Assembly (NCBI GenBank): GCA_003223995.1
Contig: QHYA01000061.1
Span: 2,259-66,258, forward strand
DNA from: Acidobacteriota bacterium
GTDB taxonomy: Bacteria > Acidobacteriota > Polarisedimenticolia > QHYA01
Direction of reading: 5' to 3'
DNA length: 64,000 bases
Part shown: positions 30,109-40,146 of the stretch, piece after piece
Position numbering within the stretch: the first letter of the stretch is position 1
Layout: the number at the start of each line of letters is the position of its first letter
Translations under genes and position numbers: made by a program
The notes under the pieces: model-generated
What the model saw: only the letters and a program-made list of their open reading frames with translations
Databases searched by the model: none
Told to the model about the DNA's origin: nothing

Positions 30109-30866
30109 TCCGACTCGACGGCCAAGTGGCGGTCGTGACCGGCGGCTCGAGGGGGATCGGCCGAGCCGCCGTGCGGCTGCTGGCTGGCGCCGGCGCCCGC
30201 GTGGCGTACTCTTACCATACGGACCTTCCGGCCGCCCGCTCGCTCGAGCAGGAGATCGCCCGTGCGGGCGGCGAGGCGAAGCCGGTCCAGGCGGATCTGC
30301 GCCGGCGTGCAGAGGCGGAAGGGATCGTGGAAGAGGCCCAGGGACTCTACGGCCGCATCGACGTGCTCGTGGCGAATGCAGGTATATGGAACGCGGAGCC
30401 GATCCCGATGGAAGAGATGACCGACGAGGAATGGGACGAGACGTTGCAGGTGAACCTGAGGGGGGTCTTCTACGTTCTCCGCGCGGCGCTTCCGCAAATG
30501 AAGCAGCGGCGCGCGGGGCGTCTCATCATCGTCTCCTCGACCGCCGGTCAGCGGGGGGAAGCCTTTCACTCCCATTACGCGGCGAGCAAGTCGGGTCTGT
30601 TCGGCCTGACGAAATCGCTCGCTGTGGAAGCCGCCCCTGACGGAGTGCTCGTGAACTGCGTCGCTCCGGGCTGGGTGGATACCGATATGGCCGCGCCTGC
30701 GCTGAAAGGCGCAGGAATGGAAGCCGTCCTCGCCACGATCCCCCTGGGCCGCCTGGGCACGCCCGAGGAGATCGCGGGCGCAATCCTTTTTCTCGCGTCC
30801 CCCTTCGCCAGCTACGTCACCGGCGAGGTGCTGAACGTCAATGGAGGTTCTGTTCTGTGCGGATGA
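30105..30866 (+). CDS. SDR family oxidoreductase (FabG-like)
   Basis: VTGGSRGIG, ANAG, YAASK and VNCVAPG; ATGA overlap with rlmN. Confidence 0.92.
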   Translation: MIRLDGQVAVVTGGSRGIGRAAVRLLAGAGARVAYSYHTDLPAARSLEQEIARAGGEAKPVQADLRRRAEAEGIVEEAQGLYGRIDVLVANAGIWNAEPIPMEEMTDEEWDETLQVNLRGVFYVLRAALPQMKQRRAGRLIIVSSTAGQRGEAFHSHYAASKSGLFGLTKSLAVEAAPDGVLVNCVAPGWVDTDMAAPALKGAGMEAVLATIPLGRLGTPEEIAGAILFLASPFASYVTGEVLNVNGGSVLCG

Positions 30867-32326
30867 TCCGGATTTCTCTTCGATTCTTCTTCTTCCTGAC
30901 CGCCGTCGCCGCCGCGAGCGGCTGCGCCGCCAACAGGACCTCCGTCCACCAGTCCATGGAGCAGATGATCTTCCACGCCCGCGACCGGGTCTTCCCCGCG
31001 CTGGTCCACATCGAGCCCATCCTCGAAGTCTATCAGTCCGGCCAGCGAGGGCGCATCGCGGTGACCGGGTCCGGAGTGATCTTCAGCACCGACGGCTACG
31101 TGCTGACCAACAACCACGTTGTCGAGAGGGCCGAGCGGGTCACCTGCACCCTCTCGGACAAGCAGGAAGTCACCGCCGCGGTCGTGGGGCGCGATCCCGA
31201 GACGGACGTCGCCGTGATCCAGCTCGACGTCTCGCAGGTTCGCGGGAAGCTCCCCGTCGCCGAGCTCGGGGACTCCTCACGGCTCCAGATCGGCCAGCAC
31301 GTCATGGCGATGGGAAGCCCCCTGGGTCTCGCCCGCTCGGTCTCGCTGGGGATCATCTCCTCGCTGGACCGCTATCTGCCGGAGGATCAGATGCCGGCCG
31401 GAGCCGCCACCGGGCAGTTCAACACGTGGATCCAGACCGACGCAGCGATCAACCCGGGCAACAGCGGCGGGCCCCTTGTGGATCTCGGCGGTCGGGTCAT
31501 CGGCATCAACTCGCGGGCAGTGACGGTCTTCGGCGAGAACGTCGGCTTCGCGATCCCGATCAACCTCGTGCATGAAACCGCGGAGAAGATCATTCATCAC
31601 GGTTCGCCGCAGCGCTCCTGGCTGGGCGTGAACTGGCAGCCGCTCAAGGTCATCTCCGACGGCGGAGCCAGGGGCCAGAATGGGATCCTCGTCGGAGGGG
31701 TCGTGCCGAACTCCCCGGCTGAGCGGGCAGGGCTTCGCGCTGGCGACGTGCTCGTCTCCTACGATGGCCGCTCCGTGGCCGTGCGGTATGAAGAGGAGCT
31801 GCCACCCTTCCGCAAGATGGAGGCCGACACACCGGTCGGCAAGACGGTGCAGCTGGGCGTTCTCCGGGACGGGTCCTCCGTGATGTTCAGCGCCGTGACC
31901 GTCGAGCGGAAGAGCGCGGAGGCTGAGGACTTCGAGTGCCGCGAATGGGGGTTCACCGTGCGGGCGATCAACGATGAGATCGCGCGGGCTCGCAACCTCG
32001 ACCAGACCACCGGGGTGATCGTTACCGGCATCAAGCGCGGCTCCTTCGCGGCGGAAGGGGAGCTGGTCGGGGGGCTGGTGATCGACTCCATCGATGGCCG
32101 GCCGATCCCCAACCTGGACGCTTTCCGGCAGGTCTATGCGAGCCTCGTGGGAGAAAAGCGCGACCGGGTCCTCATCGTCACGCGCCGGGGCAGCGTGCTG
32201 CACTTCCACCTCCTCAAGCCGACCTACGAGAAGAGCTCTCCCAAGGCCATGGATCATGACCAGGATGACGACCAGGAGCAGTCCGACGACAATGATGGTC
32301 CGGGAGATTTCCACCATGACGGCTAG
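30863..32326 (+). CDS. HtrA/DegQ-type serine protease, lipoprotein, two PDZ domains
   Basis: Lipobox ASGC; triad TNNHV, ETDVA, INPGNSGG; two PDZ-like domains; acidic tail. Confidence 0.93.
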   Translation: MIRISLRFFFFLTAVAAASGCAANRTSVHQSMEQMIFHARDRVFPALVHIEPILEVYQSGQRGRIAVTGSGVIFSTDGYVLTNNHVVERAERVTCTLSDKQEVTAAVVGRDPETDVAVIQLDVSQVRGKLPVAELGDSSRLQIGQHVMAMGSPLGLARSVSLGIISSLDRYLPEDQMPAGAATGQFNTWIQTDAAINPGNSGGPLVDLGGRVIGINSRAVTVFGENVGFAIPINLVHETAEKIIHHGSPQRSWLGVNWQPLKVISDGGARGQNGILVGGVVPNSPAERAGLRAGDVLVSYDGRSVAVRYEEELPPFRKMEADTPVGKTVQLGVLRDGSSVMFSAVTVERKSAEAEDFECREWGFTVRAINDEIARARNLDQTTGVIVTGIKRGSFAAEGELVGGLVIDSIDGRPIPNLDAFRQVYASLVGEKRDRVLIVTRRGSVLHFHLLKPTYEKSSPKAMDHDQDDDQEQSDDNDGPGDFHHDG

Positions 32327-33815
32327 TGTCGCGTCTCGGAAATGTCTTTTCAGGCCGGGCCGGGTGCTCTTCCCGCTCGCCGTTTCCCTGGGCGTGCTGG
32401 TGGCGGCTTCCCTGCCGGCGCCGTTGCTCGCCTCTCCCCCTCCCGCAACCCCGGGCTACGGCAGCCTCGTTGAGGAGGGACAAGCCTCGGTCGTCGCGGT
32501 CCGCTTCCAGTTGAGGCCGAAGGAACGGCCGAAGGGAGGGGAAGGGCAGAAGGTCCGCCGTCTCGTTTGCGGCGTGCTCGCCGGGCCGCCCGGCCAGATC
32601 ATCATCAGCGGGGACTTCTTTCCAGATATGGATGATGGTCCCGACGCCATGGAGCCTTTCGATTTCCGCCTTGTCATGCCCGGCGGTGATGAGGTGCCCG
32701 CTGAAGCCATCGGCGTCGATCGCGAGCTGAACCTGGCCTTTCTTCACGCATCTCCCTCGCTCATTCGCTCCTTTCGAGCGGCTTCCTTCGATCCATCGGT
32801 GCAGGCGGCGGTCGGCGACGAGGTCATCGTGGTCGGACTGCTTCCCGAGAGGTACAACTTCTCGAAGGCGGTCTATCCCGCCCGCATCAGTGCCGTGCTC
32901 GACCAGCCTCGCCGGATGTACTCGCTGGACATCCCGCTCGAGGATCTGGCGATCGGAGGGCTGGTGCTGCTGAGGGACGGCCGGCCGCTCGGGATCATCG
33001 GGGAGGACCTGCTCTCGGAGGATCGGATTCAGGGCAACGCGGCGAACATCCTGTCCCTGCTGGGGTCGAGCAACCAGGGACCCCACATCGGCTACCCGTT
33101 CGTCTTCCCATTCTCAGTCTTCTCCCGCTCGCTGACCAATCCCCCCCGCCTGAAGGACGAGCGCCGCGAGACGCGCGGCTGGCTCGGGATCACGATGCAG
33201 CCTCTCTCGCGGGATCTGGCGGAATACTGGAGCATTTCCTCGCGGGGAGGAGTGATCGTCGCCGGTGTGGTCGATGGTTCCCCGGCCTCCGCCGCAGGCC
33301 TCAGCCCGGGGGACGTCATCCTCGGTGTGGACGGGCAGGAGTTGCCGGTGCGCGAGACGTCCGATCTGGCCCAGATGCAGAGACTGATCCGCAGCGCCGG
33401 CGCGGGACGCGCCATTCCCCTGTCGGTCTGGAGGGAGGGGGCGGTCCGGACGGTCGAGGTGCGGCTGTCCTCCTCGCCTGTCACGGCGACCACCGCTCAG
33501 GAGTACGAGGACGAGCAGTTCGGCCTGAAGGCGCGCGAGCTGACTTTCGACTACCTGCAGTCAGCGAACCTCGACCGCTCGACCCGCGGGGTGCTGATCA
33601 TCGGGCTCGAACGGGCCGGCTGGGCCCAGGTCTCCGGGCTCCAGACGCGGGACATCATCCAGAAGGTCGCTGGCGAGCCGACTCCCGACCTGGAATCCTT
33701 CCGCCAGGCCATGGAGAAGATCGAGAAGTCGCGCCCTCGAGAGGTGATGTTCTTCATCCTGCGTGAGTATCAAACCCGTTTCGTCCGCGTCAAGGCGGAC
33801 TGGCGCGGGCGGTAA
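32316..33815 (+). CDS. HtrA-like protein with degenerate protease domain and two PDZ domains
   Basis: Signal peptide; trypsin-like layout but LAIGG where GNSGG is expected; RGWLGITMQ and SPASAAGLSPGDVI PDZ motifs. Confidence 0.8.
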   Translation: MTASVASRKCLFRPGRVLFPLAVSLGVLVAASLPAPLLASPPPATPGYGSLVEEGQASVVAVRFQLRPKERPKGGEGQKVRRLVCGVLAGPPGQIIISGDFFPDMDDGPDAMEPFDFRLVMPGGDEVPAEAIGVDRELNLAFLHASPSLIRSFRAASFDPSVQAAVGDEVIVVGLLPERYNFSKAVYPARISAVLDQPRRMYSLDIPLEDLAIGGLVLLRDGRPLGIIGEDLLSEDRIQGNAANILSLLGSSNQGPHIGYPFVFPFSVFSRSLTNPPRLKDERRETRGWLGITMQPLSRDLAEYWSISSRGGVIVAGVVDGSPASAAGLSPGDVILGVDGQELPVRETSDLAQMQRLIRSAGAGRAIPLSVWREGAVRTVEVRLSSSPVTATTAQEYEDEQFGLKARELTFDYLQSANLDRSTRGVLIIGLERAGWAQVSGLQTRDIIQKVAGEPTPDLESFRQAMEKIEKSRPREVMFFILREYQTRFVRVKADWRGR

Positions 33816-33841
33816 CCTTCCGCCGGTTCGTCCTCGATACC

Positions 33842-35113
33842 TCACGCTCCGCCCGGCGGCGGCTGGTCCGGCTGGAAGAGGTCGCGCCGGATGATATCGA
33901 GCAGGAACAGCAGCACCGTGATCAGCAGCGGTCCGAGGAACAACCCTGCGACCCCAAAGGCCATCATGCCCCCCAGCACGCCGAAGAAGACCAGAAGGGC
34001 GTGCATCCGGGTCCTGCCGCTGATGAAGAGAGGCCTGAGGAAGTTGTCCACCAGCACGACCACGGCCAGTCCCCACACCGCGAGGAAGATCCCTTTGGCG
34101 GGATGGCCTTGCAAGAGCAGATAGACAGCTCCTGGGCCCCAGACCAGGAAGCTTCCTCCGACCGGTATCAACGAGCAGAAAAACATCGCGATACCCGCCA
34201 CGACGGGGGAGGGAAGCCCCACGACGGCCCAGCCGATGCCCCCGAGGATGGCCTGGATCACAGAGGCCATGATGACCCCGTAGAAAACGGCCCACGTGAC
34301 CTCATGGAGCCTCTCGAGCACGGCCTCCTTGTCCGCTGGCCGGAGGGGAAGGAACTCCTGGAAGGCCTCCAGGATCGCGGGGCCTTCATGGAAGAAATAG
34401 ACCATCGTGAAGATCGTGATCAGGAACATGACCAGGGTCCAGAGGGTGTTCTGGACCAGTGAGCTGGTCTGAGCGACCATGGCATTGCCGACCCGTTTCA
34501 TCGTGTCGAGCGCCATCCCCTCGAGGTCCACCCGCGACAGATCCACATAGCGGCCGAGCACTCCTTCAAGATCCCTCACGAAGGGAAGTTTCGGCTTCGC
34601 GGGCATGGGCGATCCGCCAGGCGGCGCGGAATCACCCCGCAGGGGCTCGCTTTCACCTCCAGGCGGGGGCGCAGAGAGATCCCTCCCGTCAGGCCTGGAC
34701 GTGCCGTCGATGTCCGGAGAGGCTGGCGCCTCTGGTTGCCGAGATTCAGGCTGACGCGCCTGTGGGCGCGTCCCGCCGGGCGGGAACGGCTCGGGCTGCG
34801 GTCCGTCGTTCGATCGGAGCGTGTCCTCGATGTCCGACAAGGCCCCCGTCACAGTCTGCGCGAGACTCGAGACCAGGATGGAAGCCGGGAGGATGATGAT
34901 GGCGGCAACGACACCGCTGCACACGACTGCTGCTGCGAGATCGCGCCCTTTCATCAGCCGCGCGAGCGAGCGGTAGAGAGGATGGAACGCCGTCGCGAGA
35001 AAGACGGCCCACGCGATCGCCGACAGGAAGGGGAAGAAGACGAGGTAAAGGAGGTAGACGGTCAGGGCGAACAGCGCGAGCACGAACACCCGCGCGGCCT
35101 GTTCGCGCCCCAT
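33842..35113 (-). CDS. AI-2E family transporter
   Basis: DNFLRPLFISG and FFGVLGGMMAFGVAGLFLGP; multi-TM. Confidence 0.92.
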   Translation of the reverse strand: MGREQAARVFVLALFALTVYLLYLVFFPFLSAIAWAVFLATAFHPLYRSLARLMKGRDLAAAVVCSGVVAAIIILPASILVSSLAQTVTGALSDIEDTLRSNDGPQPEPFPPGGTRPQARQPESRQPEAPASPDIDGTSRPDGRDLSAPPPGGESEPLRGDSAPPGGSPMPAKPKLPFVRDLEGVLGRYVDLSRVDLEGMALDTMKRVGNAMVAQTSSLVQNTLWTLVMFLITIFTMVYFFHEGPAILEAFQEFLPLRPADKEAVLERLHEVTWAVFYGVIMASVIQAILGGIGWAVVGLPSPVVAGIAMFFCSLIPVGGSFLVWGPGAVYLLLQGHPAKGIFLAVWGLAVVVLVDNFLRPLFISGRTRMHALLVFFGVLGGMMAFGVAGLFLGPLLITVLLFLLDIIRRDLFQPDQPPPGGA

Positions 35114-35200
35114 GGATCGCACTATAGCACGCCGGTGGGAAGCCGGGGATGGCGTGAGGACACCGGCCGCGGTCGTGCCCGCAGCGCCGGAGAGGGCCGT

Positions 35201-36361
35201 CTATCCAAGCGCGGCGCGCAGGAGCGGCGGGGCGGCGAAAGTCGAGAGCATGACGACCACGACGATGGCGGCGTAGGTGTCGGCATGCGCCACGCCCGTG
35301 GCGAGCCCCAACCCCGCAAACACCAGTCCGACCTCACCGCGCGGGATCATGCCGATCCCGATTGCAGAACGACGCAGTCTCGTCCCTTTCTTGTACGCGA
35401 AGAAGCCGGAGAGCCACTTGCCCAGAAGCGCGGCTGCGAGCAGCAGCGCTGTCAGGAGCAGCCCCTGGCGCCGCTGCGGATCGGAGGGATCGAGATATCG
35501 GACATCCACCGCGGCTCCCGCGGTCGCAAAGAAGATCGGGACGAAGAAATCGGCCAGCGGGCGCACCGACTCCTGGATGTGCACCCTGCGATCGGTGCGC
35601 GCCAGGACCAGCCCCGCCGCGAAGGCCCCGACGATGGCGGCCGAGCCGGCGGCGTCCGCGGCAGCCGACAGCACGAAGGCGAAGGAGATGCAGGAGACCA
35701 GCAGAACCCCTCTCACCCGCATCAGGGAAGCGATCTTGACGAGCTGAGGCGCCAGGAGCTGGCCCGCAGTCACGGCGGCAGCGAAGAAACCCACGGCCAG
35801 CAGGCTCATCCCGACGACGCTGCCTACAGACACCGATCCTTTCTCGGCCAGCCCCTTCACCAGGGCCAGGACCACGAGCCCCAGGACATCGTCGATGATG
35901 GCGGCCCCGAGGATGATCTGCGCCTCGGGGGAGCCGATCTTTCCCATGTCGGCCAGCACGCGCGCGGTGATCCCGATGCTGGTTGCCGTCAGTGCCGCGC
36001 CGACGAAGATCGACGTGATGGAGGAGTAACCCAGGGCCGCCATCACTCCCCAGCCGAGGAGGAAGGGGAACAGCATGCCCGCGAGGGCCACAACCAGCGA
36101 CTGGAGTCCGACCCGTAGAAGCTGCTGCAGGTCCGAGCTCAACCCGATCTCGAAGAGCAGGATCAGGACGCCGAGCTCGGCCAGGATGTGGAGTGTGTGC
36201 TCGGCCGGATTGATCAGCGCCAGGGCCGAACCGCCGAGCAGGACGCCCGCGGCCAGCTCGCCCAGCACCGCCGGCTGCCCGAGCCGCTCGGCCGCCTCTC
36301 CCAACCCCTTGGCGGCGATGTAGATGGCCGCCAGGACGACCAGAAGCGCGGCGAGACCCAT
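35201..36361 (-). CDS. Cation:proton antiporter (CPA2)
   Basis: GQPAVLGEL, ATSIGITARVL, AAIIDDVLG and GMIPRGEVG. Confidence 0.93.
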   Translation of the reverse strand: MGLAALLVVLAAIYIAAKGLGEAAERLGQPAVLGELAAGVLLGGSALALINPAEHTLHILAELGVLILLFEIGLSSDLQQLLRVGLQSLVVALAGMLFPFLLGWGVMAALGYSSITSIFVGAALTATSIGITARVLADMGKIGSPEAQIILGAAIIDDVLGLVVLALVKGLAEKGSVSVGSVVGMSLLAVGFFAAAVTAGQLLAPQLVKIASLMRVRGVLLVSCISFAFVLSAAADAAGSAAIVGAFAAGLVLARTDRRVHIQESVRPLADFFVPIFFATAGAAVDVRYLDPSDPQRRQGLLLTALLLAAALLGKWLSGFFAYKKGTRLRRSAIGIGMIPRGEVGLVFAGLGLATGVAHADTYAAIVVVVMLSTFAAPPLLRAALG

Positions 36362-36370
36362 GCTGTGACG

Positions 36371-37549
36371 CTAGCGGCTTGGACGCGCTGCCTTTGCCAG
36401 CCCCGCGAGGCGGTCACCGGCCAGTGTCAATGTTTCCAGCTTCTTGCAGAACGAAAAGCGCAGCCGCTCGCGGCCATCCTCCGGGCGGTGATAGAAGGAG
36501 GAGCCGGGAACCGCCGCCACGCCGAACTCGCGCACGAGGTATCGCGCGAACTCGGTGTCGTCCGCGAAACCGAAGCTGCTGATGTCGGTCATCACGTAGT
36601 AGGCCCCGTGGGGCATGAAGTAACGGAAGCCCGCCGCCTCGAGAAACGGCAGGAACTTGGCGCGCCGCCGCTCGTACTCCCGCGCGAGCGAGACGTAGTA
36701 CTCCCCCGGAAGCGACAGCGCCACCGCACCGGCCTCCTGCAGAGGGGCGGCGGCGCCCACCGTCACGAAATCATGCACCTTCCGGATGCCGTCGGTCAGC
36801 GCTGGCGAGGAAATGGTGTAGCCCACCCTCCATCCGGTCACGCTGTAGGATTTCGAAAGCCCTCCGATCAAGACCGTTCGGTCTTCCATGCCGGGAAGAG
36901 TGATCAGCGGCACGTGCTCGGCATCGTCGTAGAGGATGTGCTCGTAGATCTCGTCGGTGAAGGCGACGACGTCCCACTTCCGGCACAGCTCCGCGATGAT
37001 GGAAAGCTCCTCCCGCGCAAAGACCTTTCCCGTCGGATTGTGCGGGGAGTTGAGGATGATCCCCCGGGTCTTGTCGCTGAAGGCCCGCGCCAGATCGTCC
37101 GGATCGAACCTGAAGTCCGGCTCGTGAAGGGTCACGTAGCGGGGCGAGGCGCCGGAGAGGATCGCGTCCGGTCCGTAGTTCTCGTAGAACGGCTCGAAGA
37201 CGATCACCTCTTCTCCCGGATCGACCACGGCCATGATGGCGGAGAGCATCGCCTCGGTCGCGCCACAGGTCACGCAGATCTGCCTTTCGGGGTCGATCTC
37301 CATCCCGTAGAAGCGGCGCATCTTCTCGGCAAGGGCGCGGCGGAAGCTGGGCGCTCCCCATGTGATTGCGTACTGGTTGATGTCGTCCTGGATCGCTTTG
37401 CAGGCCGCCTCCTTGATCTCCAACGGCGCGGCGAAGTCGGGAAACCCCTGAGCGAGATTGACGCCATCGTGCCGGATGGCCAGCCGTGTCATCTCCCGGA
37501 TGACCGATTCCGTGAAACGGCTGGCTTTCTCTGAAACACCGATCTTCAT
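36371..37549 (-). CDS. PLP-dependent aminotransferase class I/II
   Basis: FTESVIREMTR, NLAQGFPDF, NSPHNPTG, DEIYEH and SKSYSVTGWRVG; GAGGAG RBS. Confidence 0.93.
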   Translation of the reverse strand: MKIGVSEKASRFTESVIREMTRLAIRHDGVNLAQGFPDFAAPLEIKEAACKAIQDDINQYAITWGAPSFRRALAEKMRRFYGMEIDPERQICVTCGATEAMLSAIMAVVDPGEEVIVFEPFYENYGPDAILSGASPRYVTLHEPDFRFDPDDLARAFSDKTRGIILNSPHNPTGKVFAREELSIIAELCRKWDVVAFTDEIYEHILYDDAEHVPLITLPGMEDRTVLIGGLSKSYSVTGWRVGYTISSPALTDGIRKVHDFVTVGAAAPLQEAGAVALSLPGEYYVSLAREYERRRAKFLPFLEAAGFRYFMPHGAYYVMTDISSFGFADDTEFARYLVREFGVAAVPGSSFYHRPEDGRERLRFSFCKKLETLTLAGDRLAGLAKAARPSR

Positions 37550-37801
37550 TGTTCTCCTCGCTGGGGTCATTCGCCCGGCTTTCCGCGCGTCCTTCCTTCT
37601 CAATCCAGCCGCGTTCGGGCGACCGAAGCAAGAATGCCGAGGGTCTTCGTCCGCGGGGTGGACCGACCGCGTGCAGGCCGATGATACTGGATTCCCGGGG
37701 CGCCTACCGATCCGGCGAGGAACCGGAAGAACCGTGTTCAGCCCAAGGCGGGAAGATCGTTCTGCTTGCCGGGGCGGCCGAAGCTGTCCTGGAATCGGGA
37801 A

Positions 37802-37832
37802 AGACCCCCGCGCGCGGGGCGTGCGGGGGTCT
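37802..37832 (-). terminator. Probable intrinsic terminator downstream of the small beta-barrel gene
   Basis: AGACCCCCGC...GCGGGGGTCT stem followed by a short T run on the minus strand. Confidence 0.5.
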
Positions 37833-37903
37833 CGGAGGCAGGCCGCGAACCGGCCAGAATGCCGCCGGCTTTCCCGGTGAGAACGGGGCAGCCGGCGGTC
37901 CGA

Positions 37904-38458
37904 CTACTTGCCGAAGAAGATGGACAGCCCGGCCCGGATGCCGTAAACGTCCTGATCGTCGAAATCCGACTTGCCGAAGTTCCTGAGGTAGAAAGCTTGA
38001 ACGTTGACTGCGGCGCTGTCGGAAGCCATGACACGGATGCCGCCGTGGCCTTCCGCCTGCCAACTGAACACGTCGTCGAGGTCTCCGAAGTTCTTCGCCG
38101 CGAAGGCCCCCACGAACGGGATGATCGAGCCGCTCGACTCGAAGTTGTAGCGATAGAAGCCGCCGATGCTCCCCGCCTCGGTCGTGGAGCCCTTGTCCGG
38201 GTCGAACCTTGAATAGGTGAGAACCGGCCCAACTTCGTGGTTATTGCTCAGCATGATCCCCCACAGCCCGTCGAGGGTCAGATCCTTGCTGCCGGACACG
38301 AGCTCCGTGCCGTCAGTCAGCTTGATCGCATCGTTATCTGTGTACGAAAAGGTCAGCTCCAACTCGTTGGTGCCTTCCTTGAGCGCGGCCGCGTTGAACA
38401 CGCCGGCGAACAGCATCGTCGCGGCAACGGCCACGACTGTGAAACGAAAAAACTTCAT
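37904..38458 (-). CDS. Small outer-membrane beta-barrel protein
   Basis: AAGGAGG RBS, signal peptide, alternating strands, C-terminal YGIRAGLSIFF. Confidence 0.8.
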   Translation of the reverse strand: MKFFRFTVVAVAATMLFAGVFNAAALKEGTNELELTFSYTDNDAIKLTDGTELVSGSKDLTLDGLWGIMLSNNHEVGPVLTYSRFDPDKGSTTEAGSIGGFYRYNFESSGSIIPFVGAFAAKNFGDLDDVFSWQAEGHGGIRVMASDSAAVNVQAFYLRNFGKSDFDDQDVYGIRAGLSIFFGK

Positions 38459-38595
38459 TCCAATCCTCCTTCTGATGGCTCCAGAGTTCCGTCCTCTCAT
38501 CCCCCGGCAGAGTAGAGCCCCACCTCCGCCGAATGGGCAAGAAACTGTTCACTCGTGACACCCCCCACAGAGATCGTGGAGTTTGCGTCGGACTC

Positions 38596-38611
38596 TGCAA
38601 GAGGACTGCCA
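38596..38611 (-). promoter_or_regulatory. sigma54 (-24/-12) promoter for the beta-barrel gene
   Basis: Minus strand TGGCAGTCCTCTTGCA, correct GG-N10-GC spacing with TTGC. Confidence 0.7.
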
Positions 38612-38775
38612 CCAGGCCGGCGTCCCGCGCACGGGAGCGCAACACTGCCTGAATCATCGGTTGCGTGTGGGGACGGGGAAGGGAAGGGCCGGCCCGGGGT
38701 CGCCCATTTACTCCATTTTGTTGGATCAGTCCAAGCGGTTGGATGGGCCCGGACTCAGCCCATTGGGGCCGGCTC

Positions 38776-40146
38776 TCAGCCCACGCTGCGGAGGAACTGG
38801 GTGTTGTTGGGAAATTTCTCCAGGCGGGAGATGAGCGTGCTCATCGCCTCGACGGGCGAAAGGGTCGACAGGGCCCTCCGCAGCAGGTGCACCCGCGACA
38901 GCTCCTCGCCGCCGTAGAGCTTCTCTTCCTTGCGCGTCCCCGAGCGCGAGATGTCGATGCAGGGGAAGATCCGCCGCTCGAACAGCGCCCGGTCGAGCAG
39001 GATCTCCGTGTTGCCGGTCCCCTTGAACTCCTGAAAGATCACCTCGTCCATGCGCGAGCCGGTGTCCACCAGCGCCGTCGCGATGATCGTCAGACTGCCT
39101 CCTCCCTCCGCGTTGCGCGCCGCCCCGAAGAAGCGCCGGGGCTTCTCCATCGTACGGGAGTCCAGCCCTCCGGAGAGGATCTTCCCCGAGCCCCGAAGCT
39201 CGGTGTTGTAAGCACGGGCCAGGCGGGTGATCGAGTCGAGCAGGACGACGACGTCCTTTCCGGACTCGACGAGTCTCCGGGCGCGTTCGAGAACGATCTC
39301 GGCCACCGAGACATGGTTGGCCGTCAGGTCGTCCATGGAGGAGGCGATCACCTCGGCCCGCACGTTGCGCCGCATGTCCGTGACCTCCTCCGGTCGCTCG
39401 TCGATCAGCAGGACGATGAGGATGACCTCCGGATGGTTCGTCGTGATGCTGCGGGCGATCTTCTGGAGGAGCACGGTCTTGCCCGCCTTCGGCGGGGCCA
39501 CGATCAAGCAGCGCTGCCCCTTGCCGATGGGCGTCAACAGGTCGAGCACCCGCGTGGAGGTATCTGCTTCCTTCGTTTCGAGGGTCAGACGCTCGTTCGG
39601 ATCGATCGAGACGAGCTCCGAGAAGGGACGGCGCTGCCGGTAAGCGTTCGGGTCGCCGTAATTGAGGGAATCGATCGTGACCAGCGACGCGCCGGACCCC
39701 CGGCCCGGTCTTCTCTCCGCGGCACCGGAGACCGCGACCCCCTGGAGCAGTCCCCACTCGCGGATGAGGTTCTTGGGAACGGAAACGTCCCCGGCCGCGG
39801 GAAGGTAGTTGTTCTCCGCGAGCCGGAGAAACCCGTTCCCGTCCGCCATCAGCTCGAGGACGCCGGAGGCGGGAACAGGCTCAGCCGCCGGACCCCCCTG
39901 CGGGGAGCCTCGGGAGACCGACACCGCAACGGCAGTCTGACTCCGCGGGAGGCTGTTGTGCCGGTCCTGGCCGGGCGGACGGAAGCCCCGCCGGCGGCCG
40001 CGACGCCCGCGCCTTCGGCGGTTATTGCTCTGGGGAGGTTCCTGGTTCAAGTTCCCTGACTGCTGCTGTCGAGGTGGCTGCAGGCATGCAGTTCCGTTGA
40101 CACGCTTGGCTCCTCTTCGATCAGAGATGCCGGCCTCTCTTGCCAT
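38776..40146 (-). CDS. rho: Transcription termination factor Rho (short form; start uncertain, 40146 or TTG 40050)
   Basis: [58 protein letters not shown] and EFKGTGN. Confidence 0.95.
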   Translation of the reverse strand: MAREAGISDRRGAKRVNGTACLQPPRQQQSGNLNQEPPQSNNRRRRGRRGRRRGFRPPGQDRHNSLPRSQTAVAVSVSRGSPQGGPAAEPVPASGVLELMADGNGFLRLAENNYLPAAGDVSVPKNLIREWGLLQGVAVSGAAERRPGRGSGASLVTIDSLNYGDPNAYRQRRPFSELVSIDPNERLTLETKEADTSTRVLDLLTPIGKGQRCLIVAPPKAGKTVLLQKIARSITTNHPEVILIVLLIDERPEEVTDMRRNVRAEVIASSMDDLTANHVSVAEIVLERARRLVESGKDVVVLLDSITRLARAYNTELRGSGKILSGGLDSRTMEKPRRFFGAARNAEGGGSLTIIATALVDTGSRMDEVIFQEFKGTGNTEILLDRALFERRIFPCIDISRSGTRKEEKLYGGEELSRVHLLRRALSTLSPVEAMSTLISRLEKFPNNTQFLRSVG

